Positions 1 to 10,565 of a stretch of DNA of 32,000 nt are shown one piece after another. Within the stretch, counting starts at the first letter, position 1. The number at the start of each line of letters is the position of its first letter. This DNA comes from Candidatus Minimicrobia sp. QA0096 (lineage in GTDB: Bacteria > Patescibacteriota > Saccharimonadia > Saccharimonadales > Saccharimonadaceae), in assembly GCF_963967315.1 (NCBI RefSeq), contig NZ_OZ017288.1:180001-212000 (forward strand), read 5' to 3'. The notes under the pieces were generated by a model. The model was not told the origin of the DNA and made no database searches. It saw nothing but the letters and a program-made list of their open reading frames with translations. The position numbers were made by a program, and so were the translations under genes.

Positions 1-658
1 TCACCCGATACGCTCGGTCGCGAACCCTCTGCTCAATTCCGTCAATCATTTCCTCTGTAAAGCCAGGATATTCCTTAATCGGCACTTCACCAATTTGCGC
101 CGTTTCAATTGTCGAAAATGATGAATCGCCATGCTCGCCCAGAATATAAGCATCAACCGCTTTACTGTCGACATTGAATGCGTCCGCCAAATACGACTTC
201 AAACGCGAAGTATCAAGCGTCGTGCCCGTCCCAAACACGCGATTTTTCGGCAAACCAGATTCCTTAAGCGCCACGTAAGTCAGAACATCAACCGGATTAC
301 TGACAATCACCAAATACGGCTTCGCGCCATTCGCCATAATGTTTTTCACAATATCACGCATAATTTTCGCATTAACGTCAATCAACTCCAACCGAGTCTG
401 ACCAGGAAGTTGCGGCGCACCTGCAGTAATCACAACGATATCATCGTCATTGATATCAGAATAATTTCCCGTATGAACCACGACATTCCTGTCAATTCCC
501 ATCGCGTCATTAATGTCGGCTGCTTGACCCCAAGCCAAATCCTCACTGCGGTCAATCAACACAATCTCTTCGATGACACTACGCAATGCACACGCATAAG
601 CCGCCGTCGCACCGACCATTCCACCGCCGCCAACAATTAGCAATTTCTGTTTATTCAC
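1..658 (-). CDS. ldh: L-lactate dehydrogenase, N-terminal ~219 codons; the 3' end runs off the window start
   Basis: Absent from the ORF track because no stop lies in the window. My reverse-complement translation from GTG (658-656) reads VNKQKLLIVGGGGMVGATAAYACAL...VITAGAPQLPGQTRLEL...VIVSNPVDVLTY...GTGTTLDTSRL...LGEHGDS. It shows a Rossmann GxGxxG and the L-LDH active-site signature. An AAGGAG SD (rc of 665-670) sits 6 nt upstream. Confidence 0.9.
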   Translation of the reverse strand, partial: MNKQKLLIVGGGGMVGATAAYACALRSVIEEIVLIDRSEDLAWGQAADINDAMGIDRNVVVHTGNYSDINDDDIVVITAGAPQLPGQTRLELIDVNAKIMRDIVKNIMANGAKPYLVIVSNPVDVLTYVALKESGLPKNRVFGTGTTLDTSRLKSYLADAFNVDSKAVDAYILGEHGDSSFSTIETAQIGEVPIKEYPGFTEEMIDGIEQRVRDRAYRV

Positions 659-803
659 CAAAATCTCCTTTTTCTGTTTTATATTAGATGTTTTTATTCT
701 GCCATAAACATTACCGCTTTGTCAATTAACTTTACTTTACAGCAAAAAATATGTATAATATTGGCAATTTATTAACTTTTACATATTATCAACGGGAGGA
801 TAT

Positions 804-1577
804 ATGGAAAAAAGAATGTTTGCAGAAAAAGCGCCACGCGTCGATACTGCAAAAGTATATCGAGCACTTGCAATGCTAGCTTTATTACCATCGTGTGTAT
901 TGGCTGGATGCGCAGGCGAAAAAGGAGTTGATGCTGGAAGCTCAAGTTCAGCCCCATATGGCGACTCTGAAACTACTACATCTCAGCCAGAAAATAGCAA
1001 TACCGGGAATCCGTCACAAAATAAAAAAGACGATTCTGCGGGAAAAATAGATATAGAAAAGAACTCAATGTACTATTCGGAGAACGGAACCCGCGAAGGA
1101 TTTATAGCTAACTGTACAGCAAGAACCTACGACGGATTCCCTGAAAAGGCAAACTGTTCAATGTATATTTGCGATGGAAACGATGTGGTTTTCTTCACAT
1201 TCGAAGATATCGACTTCACCGAACAAACTCATGGACGAAGAAAACCTGAGATCTCAGACCTAATGAACAAGACAAGAACATTAGCAATGGAGTATGAGTA
1301 TTATATTCCAACCGAAATCGGAAAGAATATGACTGAATGCCGAGAGAAGAAAAGCAGCGTAGGGCAATTCACTAAGCCTGTATCTTCTTCACGCAGCGAA
1401 AATGAGCAATACCTCTGCCTTCCTCAATTTATGACAACAATAGACGGAGAGAAGGTTGCTTTGGAAATCACAAAGACTACATCTGTCAACGAGGAAGACA
1501 ATAACAATAGCCCATATTATCCTCACTATACGCTTGGTACTTCTAAAGAATGTTTTGACACAAGGTTCACTCATTAG
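804..1577 (+). CDS. Hypothetical Cys-rich lipoprotein
   Basis: GGGAGG SD lies 4 nt before ATG 804. The N-terminus ...ALAMLALLPSCVLAGC has a lipobox L-A-G-C (Cys36), followed by an S/T/N/Q-rich linker. The mature part has several Cys. No family recognised. Confidence 0.7.
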   Translation: MEKRMFAEKAPRVDTAKVYRALAMLALLPSCVLAGCAGEKGVDAGSSSSAPYGDSETTTSQPENSNTGNPSQNKKDDSAGKIDIEKNSMYYSENGTREGFIANCTARTYDGFPEKANCSMYICDGNDVVFFTFEDIDFTEQTHGRRKPEISDLMNKTRTLAMEYEYYIPTEIGKNMTECREKKSSVGQFTKPVSSSRSENEQYLCLPQFMTTIDGEKVALEITKTTSVNEEDNNNSPYYPHYTLGTSKECFDTRFTH

Positions 1578-1603
1578 ACATACATTATCGCAGTGGTATC
1601 AAA

Positions 1604-1629
1604 AAATCCCCCGAAAGTTCGGGGGATTT
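1604..1629. terminator. Bidirectional intrinsic terminator between the convergent lipoprotein gene and tuf
   Basis: AAATCCCCCGAA (1604-1615) is perfectly complementary to TTCGGGGGATTT (1618-1629). A-run upstream and T-run downstream, so it is followed by U-rich sequence on both strands. Confidence 0.85.
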
Positions 1630-1651
1630 AATTAGGCTTGTGTTATCAAGA

Positions 1652-2836
1652 TTATTTGTTAATCTTTGTAACAACACCAGCACCAACTGTACGGCCACCT
1701 TCGCGGATAGCAAAGTTCAAACCTTGCTCCATAGCGATTGGTGCAAGCAACTTAACCTTGAAGGTTACAGTGTCGCCTGGCATAACCATTTCTTTGTCAG
1801 CTGGCAATTCAACTTCACCAGTAACGTCAGTTGTGCGGAAGTAGAACTGTGGCTTGTAGCCCTTTGAGAATGGAGTGTGGCGACCGCCCTCTTCCTTCTT
1901 CAAGATGTAAACTTCAGCTTCAAACTCAGTATGTGGAGTAATTGTGCCTGGCTTTGCCAAAACTTGACCACGCTCAATGTCGCTGCGCTCAATACCGCGT
2001 AGCAAGACACCTGCGTTGTCACCTGCTTGACCTTGGTCAAGAGATTTCTTGAAGGCCTCAATACCAGTTACAACTGACTTCTGAGTTGGCTTCAAACCAA
2101 CGATTTCAACTTCGTCGTTCAATTTAACAACACCCTGCTCGATACGACCAGTTGCTACTGTACCACGACCCTTAATTGAGAAGACGTCCTCAATTGGCAT
2201 AATGAATGGTTTGTCCATGTCACGTGCTGGCTCTGGAATGTAGCTGTCCATTGCGTCAACCAATTCCATAATAGCGTCTTCGTATTTCTCTTCACCTTCA
2301 AGAGCCTTAAGAGCAGAACCCTTGATGATTGGAGCGTCTTTGTCGAAGCCGTTCTTTTCAAGAAGTTCGCGGACTTCTTCTTCGATCAGCTCAACCATTT
2401 CTTCGTCAGCCATGTCCATCTTGTTCAAGAAGACAACGATCTTTGGCACACCAACCTGCTTTGCAAGCAAAACGTGCTCACGAGTCTGAGGCATTGGGCC
2501 GTCAGTTGCAGCGATAACCAATACCGCACCGTCAACCTGAGCAGCACCGGTGATCATGTTCTTGACGTAGTCAGCGTGTCCTGGCATGTCAACGTGTGCA
2601 TAGTGACGATTCTTTGATTCATACTCTTGGTGTGAAGACGCGATAGTAATACCACGTTGCTTCTCTTCTGGTGCGTTGTCGATCTGGTCGTACGCAACAG
2701 GTTTGTTAACTGCGCTTGGTAGGCGCTTTGCCAACACTGCAGTAATCGCAGCAGTCAGCGTAGTCTTACCGTGGTCAACGTGGCCCATTGTACCAACGTT
2801 AACGTGCGGTTTGCTTCGGTCAAATGCATCTGCCAT
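1652..2836 (-). CDS. tuf: Elongation factor Tu
   Basis: 394 aa with [10 protein letters not shown]-loop, DMPGHADY and NKMD. Full-length EF-Tu-like sequence. AAGGAG SD upstream. Confidence 0.99.
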   Translation of the reverse strand: MADAFDRSKPHVNVGTMGHVDHGKTTLTAAITAVLAKRLPSAVNKPVAYDQIDNAPEEKQRGITIASSHQEYESKNRHYAHVDMPGHADYVKNMITGAAQVDGAVLVIAATDGPMPQTREHVLLAKQVGVPKIVVFLNKMDMADEEMVELIEEEVRELLEKNGFDKDAPIIKGSALKALEGEEKYEDAIMELVDAMDSYIPEPARDMDKPFIMPIEDVFSIKGRGTVATGRIEQGVVKLNDEVEIVGLKPTQKSVVTGIEAFKKSLDQGQAGDNAGVLLRGIERSDIERGQVLAKPGTITPHTEFEAEVYILKKEEGGRHTPFSKGYKPQFYFRTTDVTGEVELPADKEMVMPGDTVTFKVKLLAPIAMEQGLNFAIREGGRTVGAGVVTKINK

Positions 2837-2917
2837 TTGTAGAAGTTCTCCTTAATTTAATTATTATTTTTCACGCGGGTACAGTCCATAAAAAAGACCT
2901 CACGGCGTATGAGTTTA

Positions 2918-2946
2918 ATTATAACGATTTTCCAATCAGTTGTAAA
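2918..2946 (-). promoter_or_regulatory. Putative sigma70-type promoter for tuf
   Basis: The minus strand reads TTTACA (rc 2941-2946), a 17-nt spacer, then TATAAT (rc 2918-2923), about 80 nt upstream of the tuf ATG and just after the tgt stop. Confidence 0.55.
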
Positions 2947-2950
2947 TAGC

Positions 2951-5876
<2,926 letters not shown>

Positions 5877-5886
5877 ATTGCTATAT

Positions 5887-5914
5887 ATTATACAACTTTA
5901 ATCGATATTTACAA
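5887..5914 (-). promoter_or_regulatory. Putative promoter for the 565-aa ORF/tgt operon, with a very short leader
   Basis: The minus strand reads TTGTAA (rc 5909-5914), a 16-nt spacer, then TATAAT (rc 5887-5892). The ATG at 5876 lies only 10 nt after the -10 and no SD is present. Confidence 0.45.
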
Positions 5915-5930
5915 GCATAGCCCCTTCCGT

Positions 5931-7916
5931 ATGCTGTATACTAGAAACATGAGCAATAAAACCCTCGTTGATTTGGACCAGTGGCTAGCCCCGCACAAAT
6001 CCACAATTCAGGCGCGTGAGAAGTATATTTCTTCGAAGCTGAAAACGGTTTTAAACGGCAAGACGCCAGCCGAATTCGCGATAGGTTTTTTACATTTCGG
6101 ACTTCATAAAACAGATGCAGGATGGGCTTTTAGAGAATGGGCGCCGAATGCCACTCGGATATTCTTAGTTGGCGATTTTTCAGATTGGAAAGAACGCGAA
6201 GAATTCGCCTTAGATCGCGGCGAGAATAGCGAATGGAGCATAAACCTTCCTGAAAATTCACTTCGCCACGGACAGAAATATAAATTGCGCGTCTATTGGA
6301 CTAACGGCAACGGCTGGCGACTGCCCTCGTATGCGAATTACGTCGTTCAGGACGAAAATTCTGTCGATTTTTCCGCGGTCGTGTGGTCGCCAAAAACTCC
6401 TTATGATTGGCAATATAAAACCCCACCCAAGCCAAAAGTTCCACTAATTTACGAAGCGCACGCCGGCATGAGTAGTCAGGAAGAAAAAGTTGCCAGTTTC
6501 AGTGAATTTACCACGGAGGTTTTACCGCGAATTAAAGAATCTGGCTATAACACCATTCAGCTAATGGCAATCGCCGAGCATCCATATTACGGCAGTTTCG
6601 GTTATCATGTCAGCAACTTTTTCGCGGTTTCGTCAAGATTTGGCACGCCCGACGATTTTAAGAAATTGGTCGACACGGCGCACGGAATGGGACTGCGCAT
6701 CATCATTGACCTTGTTCACGCTCACGCCGCCAAAAACGAAGTCGAAGGTCTGAGCAATTTTGCCGGCGATCCGACACAATATTTCAAGCCAACAAATCAT
6801 CCAGAATGGGATTCGCGATTATTCGATTACGGTAAGCCAGAAGTTTTGCATTTTTTGGCAAGCAATTGTCGCTGGTGGCTGGACGAATATCACATTGACG
6901 GATTTAGGTTTGATGGCATAACTAGTATGATTTACCACGATCACGGACTCGGAAAAAGTTTCACTAGTTATGACGATTATTTCCGCGATAATGTCGACAA
7001 AGACGCGCTCGCTTATTTAAGATTGGCAAATGAAACCATTCACGCCGTTCGCCCCGACGCCACGACCATTGCAGAAGAAATGAGTGGCTTTCCTGGACTT
7101 GGCGCATCAACAAAAGACGGCGGGCTGGGATTTGATTATCGCTTGCAAATGGGCGCGCCAGATTTATGGATAAAAACTCTGAAAGAGAAAAATGATGAAG
7201 ATTGGGATTTGGGGCAATTGGCTTACACTTTGAGTTCGTATCGGCCAGAGGAAAAAGTCATTAATTACGCCGAAAGCCATGACCAAGCGCTCGTCGGTGA
7301 TAAAACGCTGATTTTCCGATTGATTGATAAAAATATGTATTGGCATATGGATAAAATTGATCCAGATTTAACAGTTGAGCGTGGCGTGGCGCTGCATAAA
7401 CTAATTCGTCTAATGACAGCTGGGCTGCATGGCGGCGGTTATTTGAATTTTATGGGCAATGAATTCGGGCATCCGGAATGGATTGATTTTCCGCGTGAAG
7501 GTAATAATTGGTCGTTTAAGCACGCTCGACGGCAATGGAATTTGCGCGACAATGGCTTCTTAAAATATCAATGGTTGGGAGATTTTGACGCGGCGCTGAT
7601 GAAGATTATTAGGCAAATTGATAATCCTAATGTTCACCATTTGACAGTTCGCCAATCTGATCATATGGTCAGTTTTATGCATGGCGACTTTTTATTTGTT
7701 ATCAATTTTTCGCCCGACAAATCCCACTCAGATTACGCAGTACCCGCAGAAGCTGGCTCTTATAAATTGGCATTAAGTAGCGATGACAAGAACTTCGGCG
7801 GGCAGGAGCGAATAGACCATAATTCCCGATTTTTCACTTCCCCGGCTGATAATAGCCACGACCTTAAAGTTTACTTGCCAGCCAGAACGGGCATTATTCT
7901 ACAGAAAGTTGACTAA
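5931..7916 (+). CDS. glgB: 1,4-alpha-glucan branching enzyme, GH13 eukaryote-like type
   Basis: 661 aa. It shows YEAHAGMSS, GYNTIQLMAIAEHPYYGSFGYHVSNFFAVSSRFGTPDDFKKLVDTAHGMGLRIIIDLVHAHA, GFRFDGITSMIYHDHG, IAEEMSGFPG and YAESHDQALVGDKT. These closely parallel the conserved GH13 regions of eukaryotic GBE1-type branching enzymes. The start is ambiguous between ATG 5931 and ATG 5949. Confidence 0.93.
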   Translation: MLYTRNMSNKTLVDLDQWLAPHKSTIQAREKYISSKLKTVLNGKTPAEFAIGFLHFGLHKTDAGWAFREWAPNATRIFLVGDFSDWKEREEFALDRGENSEWSINLPENSLRHGQKYKLRVYWTNGNGWRLPSYANYVVQDENSVDFSAVVWSPKTPYDWQYKTPPKPKVPLIYEAHAGMSSQEEKVASFSEFTTEVLPRIKESGYNTIQLMAIAEHPYYGSFGYHVSNFFAVSSRFGTPDDFKKLVDTAHGMGLRIIIDLVHAHAAKNEVEGLSNFAGDPTQYFKPTNHPEWDSRLFDYGKPEVLHFLASNCRWWLDEYHIDGFRFDGITSMIYHDHGLGKSFTSYDDYFRDNVDKDALAYLRLANETIHAVRPDATTIAEEMSGFPGLGASTKDGGLGFDYRLQMGAPDLWIKTLKEKNDEDWDLGQLAYTLSSYRPEEKVINYAESHDQALVGDKTLIFRLIDKNMYWHMDKIDPDLTVERGVALHKLIRLMTAGLHGGGYLNFMGNEFGHPEWIDFPREGNNWSFKHARRQWNLRDNGFLKYQWLGDFDAALMKIIRQIDNPNVHHLTVRQSDHMVSFMHGDFLFVINFSPDKSHSDYAVPAEAGSYKLALSSDDKNFGGQERIDHNSRFFTSPADNSHDLKVYLPARTGIILQKVD

Positions 7917-7929
7917 TCTCCTCCTAGTA

Positions 7930-7958
7930 TTGACTTTTTTACGCAAGTGTTGTATAAA
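7930..7958 (+). promoter_or_regulatory. Promoter of small membrane-protein cassette A
   Basis: TTGACT (7930-7935), a 17-nt spacer, then TATAAA (7953-7958). The same arrangement recurs at cassette B. Confidence 0.6.
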
Positions 7959-7967
7959 TGAATACAG

Positions 7968-7997
7968 ACTTTCGTTGACAATCCCGTCAACGAAAGT
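7968..7997 (+). promoter_or_regulatory. 5'-leader hairpin of cassette A (or palindromic operator)
   Basis: ACTTTCGTTGAC (7968-7979) pairs perfectly with GTCAACGAAAGT (7986-7997), loop AATCCC. It starts about 10 nt after the -10 element. Confidence 0.6.
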
Positions 7998-8017
7998 AGT
8001 CCTTAGTGAAAGGGTCA

Positions 8018-8413
8018 ATGATGAAACTCAAGCTGACTGCGGCAGTCCTGGCGCTGATCGGGATGACAAGCCTCCTCATGGGAGGCTCATATCTGACTGT
8101 CGTCGTGGCTGTCATCTGTACAGCCACAGCACTGCCCCTATCTCTGCACCTAACATTTAGGTGGTTTGTAGAGGATCCGCACGACGGTCTACTGTGGTTC
8201 TGGTCGGTCGTGTGGGCCACTATATCAGTGATGGCGGCAGCTAGCATGCTCCAATACATTGGAGTCGTAGACGTACCGCTTAGTGCGGCCATTGACAACG
8301 CACAGAAGATAGGGGAAGTGAGACAGTATGTCTCATATGCAAACATTGTCTCCATTCTTCTCGCGGTCATCATCCCACAGTCGCCCAAGTGCGACAACAA
8401 TGACGAGGACTAA
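8018..8413 (+). CDS. Small polytopic membrane protein A (131 aa) with acidic C-terminal tail ...PKCDNNDED
   Basis: Start taken at ATG 8018 or 8021 after GAAAGGG, since the ORF-track GTG 8006 lies immediately 3' of the leader hairpin with no SD upstream. The sequence is almost entirely hydrophobic helices (LTAAVLALIGMTSLLMGG, TVVVAVICTATALPLSL, LLWFWSVVWATISVMAAASML, ANIVSILLAVII). It is bracketed by its own promoter and terminator. Confidence 0.65.
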   Translation: MMKLKLTAAVLALIGMTSLLMGGSYLTVVVAVICTATALPLSLHLTFRWFVEDPHDGLLWFWSVVWATISVMAAASMLQYIGVVDVPLSAAIDNAQKIGEVRQYVSYANIVSILLAVIIPQSPKCDNNDED

Positions 8414-8415
8414 CC

Positions 8416-8486
8416 GCCCGTCAAGAAATAGTTCGCCTTGAGACTTTTAGTCTCGGCTGGAGCTTTCTTGGCGGGCTATTTCTTTT
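8416..8486 (+). terminator. Long-stem intrinsic terminator of cassette A
   Basis: A 13-bp outer stem pairs GCCCGTCAAGAAA (8416-8428) with TTTCTTGGCGGGC (8464-8476), including one G.U pair. An inner hairpin GAGACT-TTT-AGTCTC lies at 8440-8454. TATTTCTTTT follows. Confidence 0.7.
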
Positions 8487-8514
8487 GGTTTGTGGAATCA
8501 TTTCGTATATCCTA

Positions 8515-8543
8515 TTGACTTTTTGATGTAGATGTTGTAAAAT
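8515..8543 (+). promoter_or_regulatory. Promoter of small membrane-protein cassette B
   Basis: TTGACT (8515-8520), a 17-nt spacer, then TAAAAT (8538-8543), immediately preceded by TG (8536-8537). Homologous to the cassette A promoter. Confidence 0.6.
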
Positions 8544-8550
8544 GAATACA

Positions 8551-8580
8551 GTCTTTGTTGACAACCCCGTCAACAAAGGT
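8551..8580 (+). promoter_or_regulatory. 5'-leader hairpin of cassette B
   Basis: CTTTGTTGAC (8553-8562) pairs perfectly with GTCAACAAAG (8569-8578), loop AACCCC. It is extendable by two G.U pairs (8551-8552 with 8579-8580). Confidence 0.6.
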
Positions 8581-8601
8581 AGTTCTTGTGGAAGGAAAGC
8601 C

Positions 8602-9045
8602 ATGAACAGCAACAACACGAGTCTCGGCATCAGCCTGAGGACTATGGTCTTTACCATCAGTGCGTGCGCAGTCTTCGTGCTCACACTAGGCACGACTATC
8701 GGGGCAATTATCTGCTCCACAGCTCTCCTGGTGGCGGCGCAAGCTCTTACTATCCCCCTCGGCTGGGTCTACTTTAGTTCTACTGGTAAAATCCCAACAG
8801 TAGCGCTGAAGGTGACTGCAATACTTGGTACGGTAGTATATGTCGCGCTATTAGCCTCAAATATCGACACCCTAATCACTGACTGGGGTGACCTAACGAC
8901 GGCGTTTAACGTCGTCATTGATGGAGAGGGGTGGGCCGGCGCGCTGGCGTTCACGCTGTTTATGTGTACGTTGCCAGTGGTGACTGCGGTCATCGCGCCA
9001 GTGCCGCCCGAGCGCGATGATTACTGTAACGACGACGAGGACTAA
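8602..9045 (+). CDS. Small polytopic membrane protein B (147 aa) with acidic C-terminal tail ...YCNDDED
   Basis: Start taken at ATG 8602 after GGAAGGAAAG, because the ORF-track ATG 8542 lies inside the -10 element and leader hairpin. Multiple hydrophobic helices. The last codons GAC GAG GAC TAA are identical to cassette A. Confidence 0.65.
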   Translation: MNSNNTSLGISLRTMVFTISACAVFVLTLGTTIGAIICSTALLVAAQALTIPLGWVYFSSTGKIPTVALKVTAILGTVVYVALLASNIDTLITDWGDLTTAFNVVIDGEGWAGALAFTLFMCTLPVVTAVIAPVPPERDDYCNDDED

Positions 9046-9049
9046 CCAC

Positions 9050-9120
9050 GCCCGTCAAGAGAAATAGTTCGCCTTGAGACTTTTAGTCTCGGCTGAGCTC
9101 TCTTGGCGGGCTATTTCTAT
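9050..9120 (+). terminator. Long-stem intrinsic terminator of cassette B
   Basis: A 13-bp outer stem pairs GCCCGTCAAGAGA (9050-9062) with TCTCTTGGCGGGC (9099-9111), with the same G.U pair as cassette A. The inner hairpin GAGACT-TTT-AGTCTC lies at 9076-9090. TATTTCTATT follows. Confidence 0.7.
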
Positions 9121-9148
9121 TGGCATAAAATTTGTTACACTAGATATT

Positions 9149-10540
9149 GTGAAGAAAAAAGTACCAAAATTCATTGAGCAATCATTAGCCCGAGTTGCTA
9201 ATCTTTACAGCTTTGAGCCGGAGCATCACCTGGAGAAAATTGACGAAAGTTTGACGCCGAATATGCGAGCTTTGCGCCTGGCTATGGCGATTGCCGAGCA
9301 ACTCCTGAGTATGGGCGTGGTGGCGCGCGATGTGGTTCGTATGGCGCAAGGAATTACGCGGACATATTGCCGCAGACCCGTTCACGTGGACGTAAGTTAC
9401 ACTTTGGTGACAATTTCTCAAGACCGCGGAGTCAGCCATGAGCCTTTGACAATGGCGCGAGTTATCGTTCCTGACGATCCTAATTATCAATTGATTCAAG
9501 CATTGCAATTATTAGCCCTCGACATTCGCCGCAAGCAACTTTCCCTGGAAGAAGCCGAAGAGCGATTGCAACAAATACTCAAAAAACCCACCGAACATTC
9601 CCGGCTAGTCGTTTACGCGGCGGGCGGATTGGTGAGCGCGGGTTCTGTTATTTTGTACGGCGGAAGTTTGCTCATGGCATCAATCGCGTTTCTGCTCGGA
9701 TTCTCAGCGACTGGATTATTAAGATGGCTGGGACGTATTGGCGCGCCGTTGTTTTATTCGCAAGCCCTCGTGGCGATTTTCGTAACATTGGTGGCGGCGG
9801 GCGCAGCTTGGTGTAGCAATTATCTGGGACTAAGCGTCAACGCAACATTGTTGGTTATCAGCGGAATTGTCTTATTAGTCGCGGGACTAATGTTTGTCGG
9901 CGCATTTCAGGACGCAATCGACGAATATTACATGACTGCCAACGCCAGATTGTTAAAAGTCGTAATGGCGACGGGCGGCGTAATTGCTGGCGTGATGGTC
10001 GGATTATACATTGCGACAAAATTTGGCGTAACATTCCCTGCGACACCGGATCGATTGACATTAGCAGACAAGCACACTCAGTATTTGGGGGCTGGAATTA
10101 TCGCGGCGGCGTTTGTCCTGAGGAATCATTCTCGATTCTTTGGCATGATTATTTCAGCATTAATTGCTATATTCGGCTGGTGGATTTCAAGATTAGCCAT
10201 GAGTTTTGGTTTTGATATCGTGACCGCAAGTGGTATCGCGGCGGCGGTAATTGGACTAGTCGCAGTCATGACTTCCAGGTTATGGAAATTCCCTTCCCTG
10301 GCGATTATTGCGGCGGGAATCGTGCCATTAGTTCCAGGATTGTCGCTTTACAATGGATTGATGGGCGTAGTTTTATATCCACCGAACAGCGTAAACTTCC
10401 TACCAGCCTTGGCTATCTTAGCGCGAGCAATTCTCATCGGCGTAGCGGTAGCAATTGGCGCGTCATTCGGCAACATCGTCGGTCGCCCAATTCGCCGACA
10501 ATTCATTAATTTATTCCGTCGCAACACACAGATATCATAA
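9149..10540 (+). CDS. ThrE-family (threonine/serine exporter-like, YjjP+YjjB fused) membrane protein
   Basis: The N-terminal soluble part RLAMAIAEQLLSMGVVARDVVRMAQGITRTY..VHVDVSYTLVTIS is followed by about 10 TM helices, including LLVAGLMFVGAFQDAIDEY and IVPLVPGLSLYNGLMG, typical of ThrE/ThrE_2. The start is uncertain. The track's TTG 9074 lies inside the cassette B terminator, so I use in-frame GTG 9149. ATG 9262 (MRALRL...) is an alternative. Confidence 0.7.
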   Translation: MKKKVPKFIEQSLARVANLYSFEPEHHLEKIDESLTPNMRALRLAMAIAEQLLSMGVVARDVVRMAQGITRTYCRRPVHVDVSYTLVTISQDRGVSHEPLTMARVIVPDDPNYQLIQALQLLALDIRRKQLSLEEAEERLQQILKKPTEHSRLVVYAAGGLVSAGSVILYGGSLLMASIAFLLGFSATGLLRWLGRIGAPLFYSQALVAIFVTLVAAGAAWCSNYLGLSVNATLLVISGIVLLVAGLMFVGAFQDAIDEYYMTANARLLKVVMATGGVIAGVMVGLYIATKFGVTFPATPDRLTLADKHTQYLGAGIIAAAFVLRNHSRFFGMIISALIAIFGWWISRLAMSFGFDIVTASGIAAAVIGLVAVMTSRLWKFPSLAIIAAGIVPLVPGLSLYNGLMGVVLYPPNSVNFLPALAILARAILIGVAVAIGASFGNIVGRPIRRQFINLFRRNTQIS

Positions 10541-10565
10541 AAAATAACCCGAAATTTAGCCAAAC

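Noticed and set aside
131-640. 169-aa plus-strand ORF at the window start
   Set aside because: It is R/N/I/H-rich low-complexity sequence lying exactly antisense to a clear L-lactate dehydrogenase reading frame (GxGxxG, LGEHGDS) on the minus strand. It is a shadow ORF.
2889-2912. Weak hairpin (CTCA-N7-TGAG) plus T-run in the tuf leader, considered as an attenuator
   Set aside because: The stem is only 4 bp and is unlikely to be stable. It may be incidental AT-rich leader sequence.
7987-8993. Minus-strand ORFs 7987-8400, 8421-8720 and 8769-8993, antisense to the small membrane-protein cassettes
   Set aside because: The promoter, RBS and terminator signals, and the strand-specific G.U pair in the terminators, all support the plus strand. 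The minus ORFs run across the plus-strand terminators and promoters and have S/T/R/P-rich shadow-like composition.
9074-9148. ORF-track start TTG 9074 for the ThrE-family gene, and the extended starts 8006 and 8542 of the cassette ORFs
   Set aside because: TTG 9074 lies inside the cassette B terminator hairpin, and ATG 8542 lies inside the -10 element. GTG 8006 lies just after the leader hairpin but has no SD upstream. Downstream in-frame starts with RBS-like sequence are more plausible.
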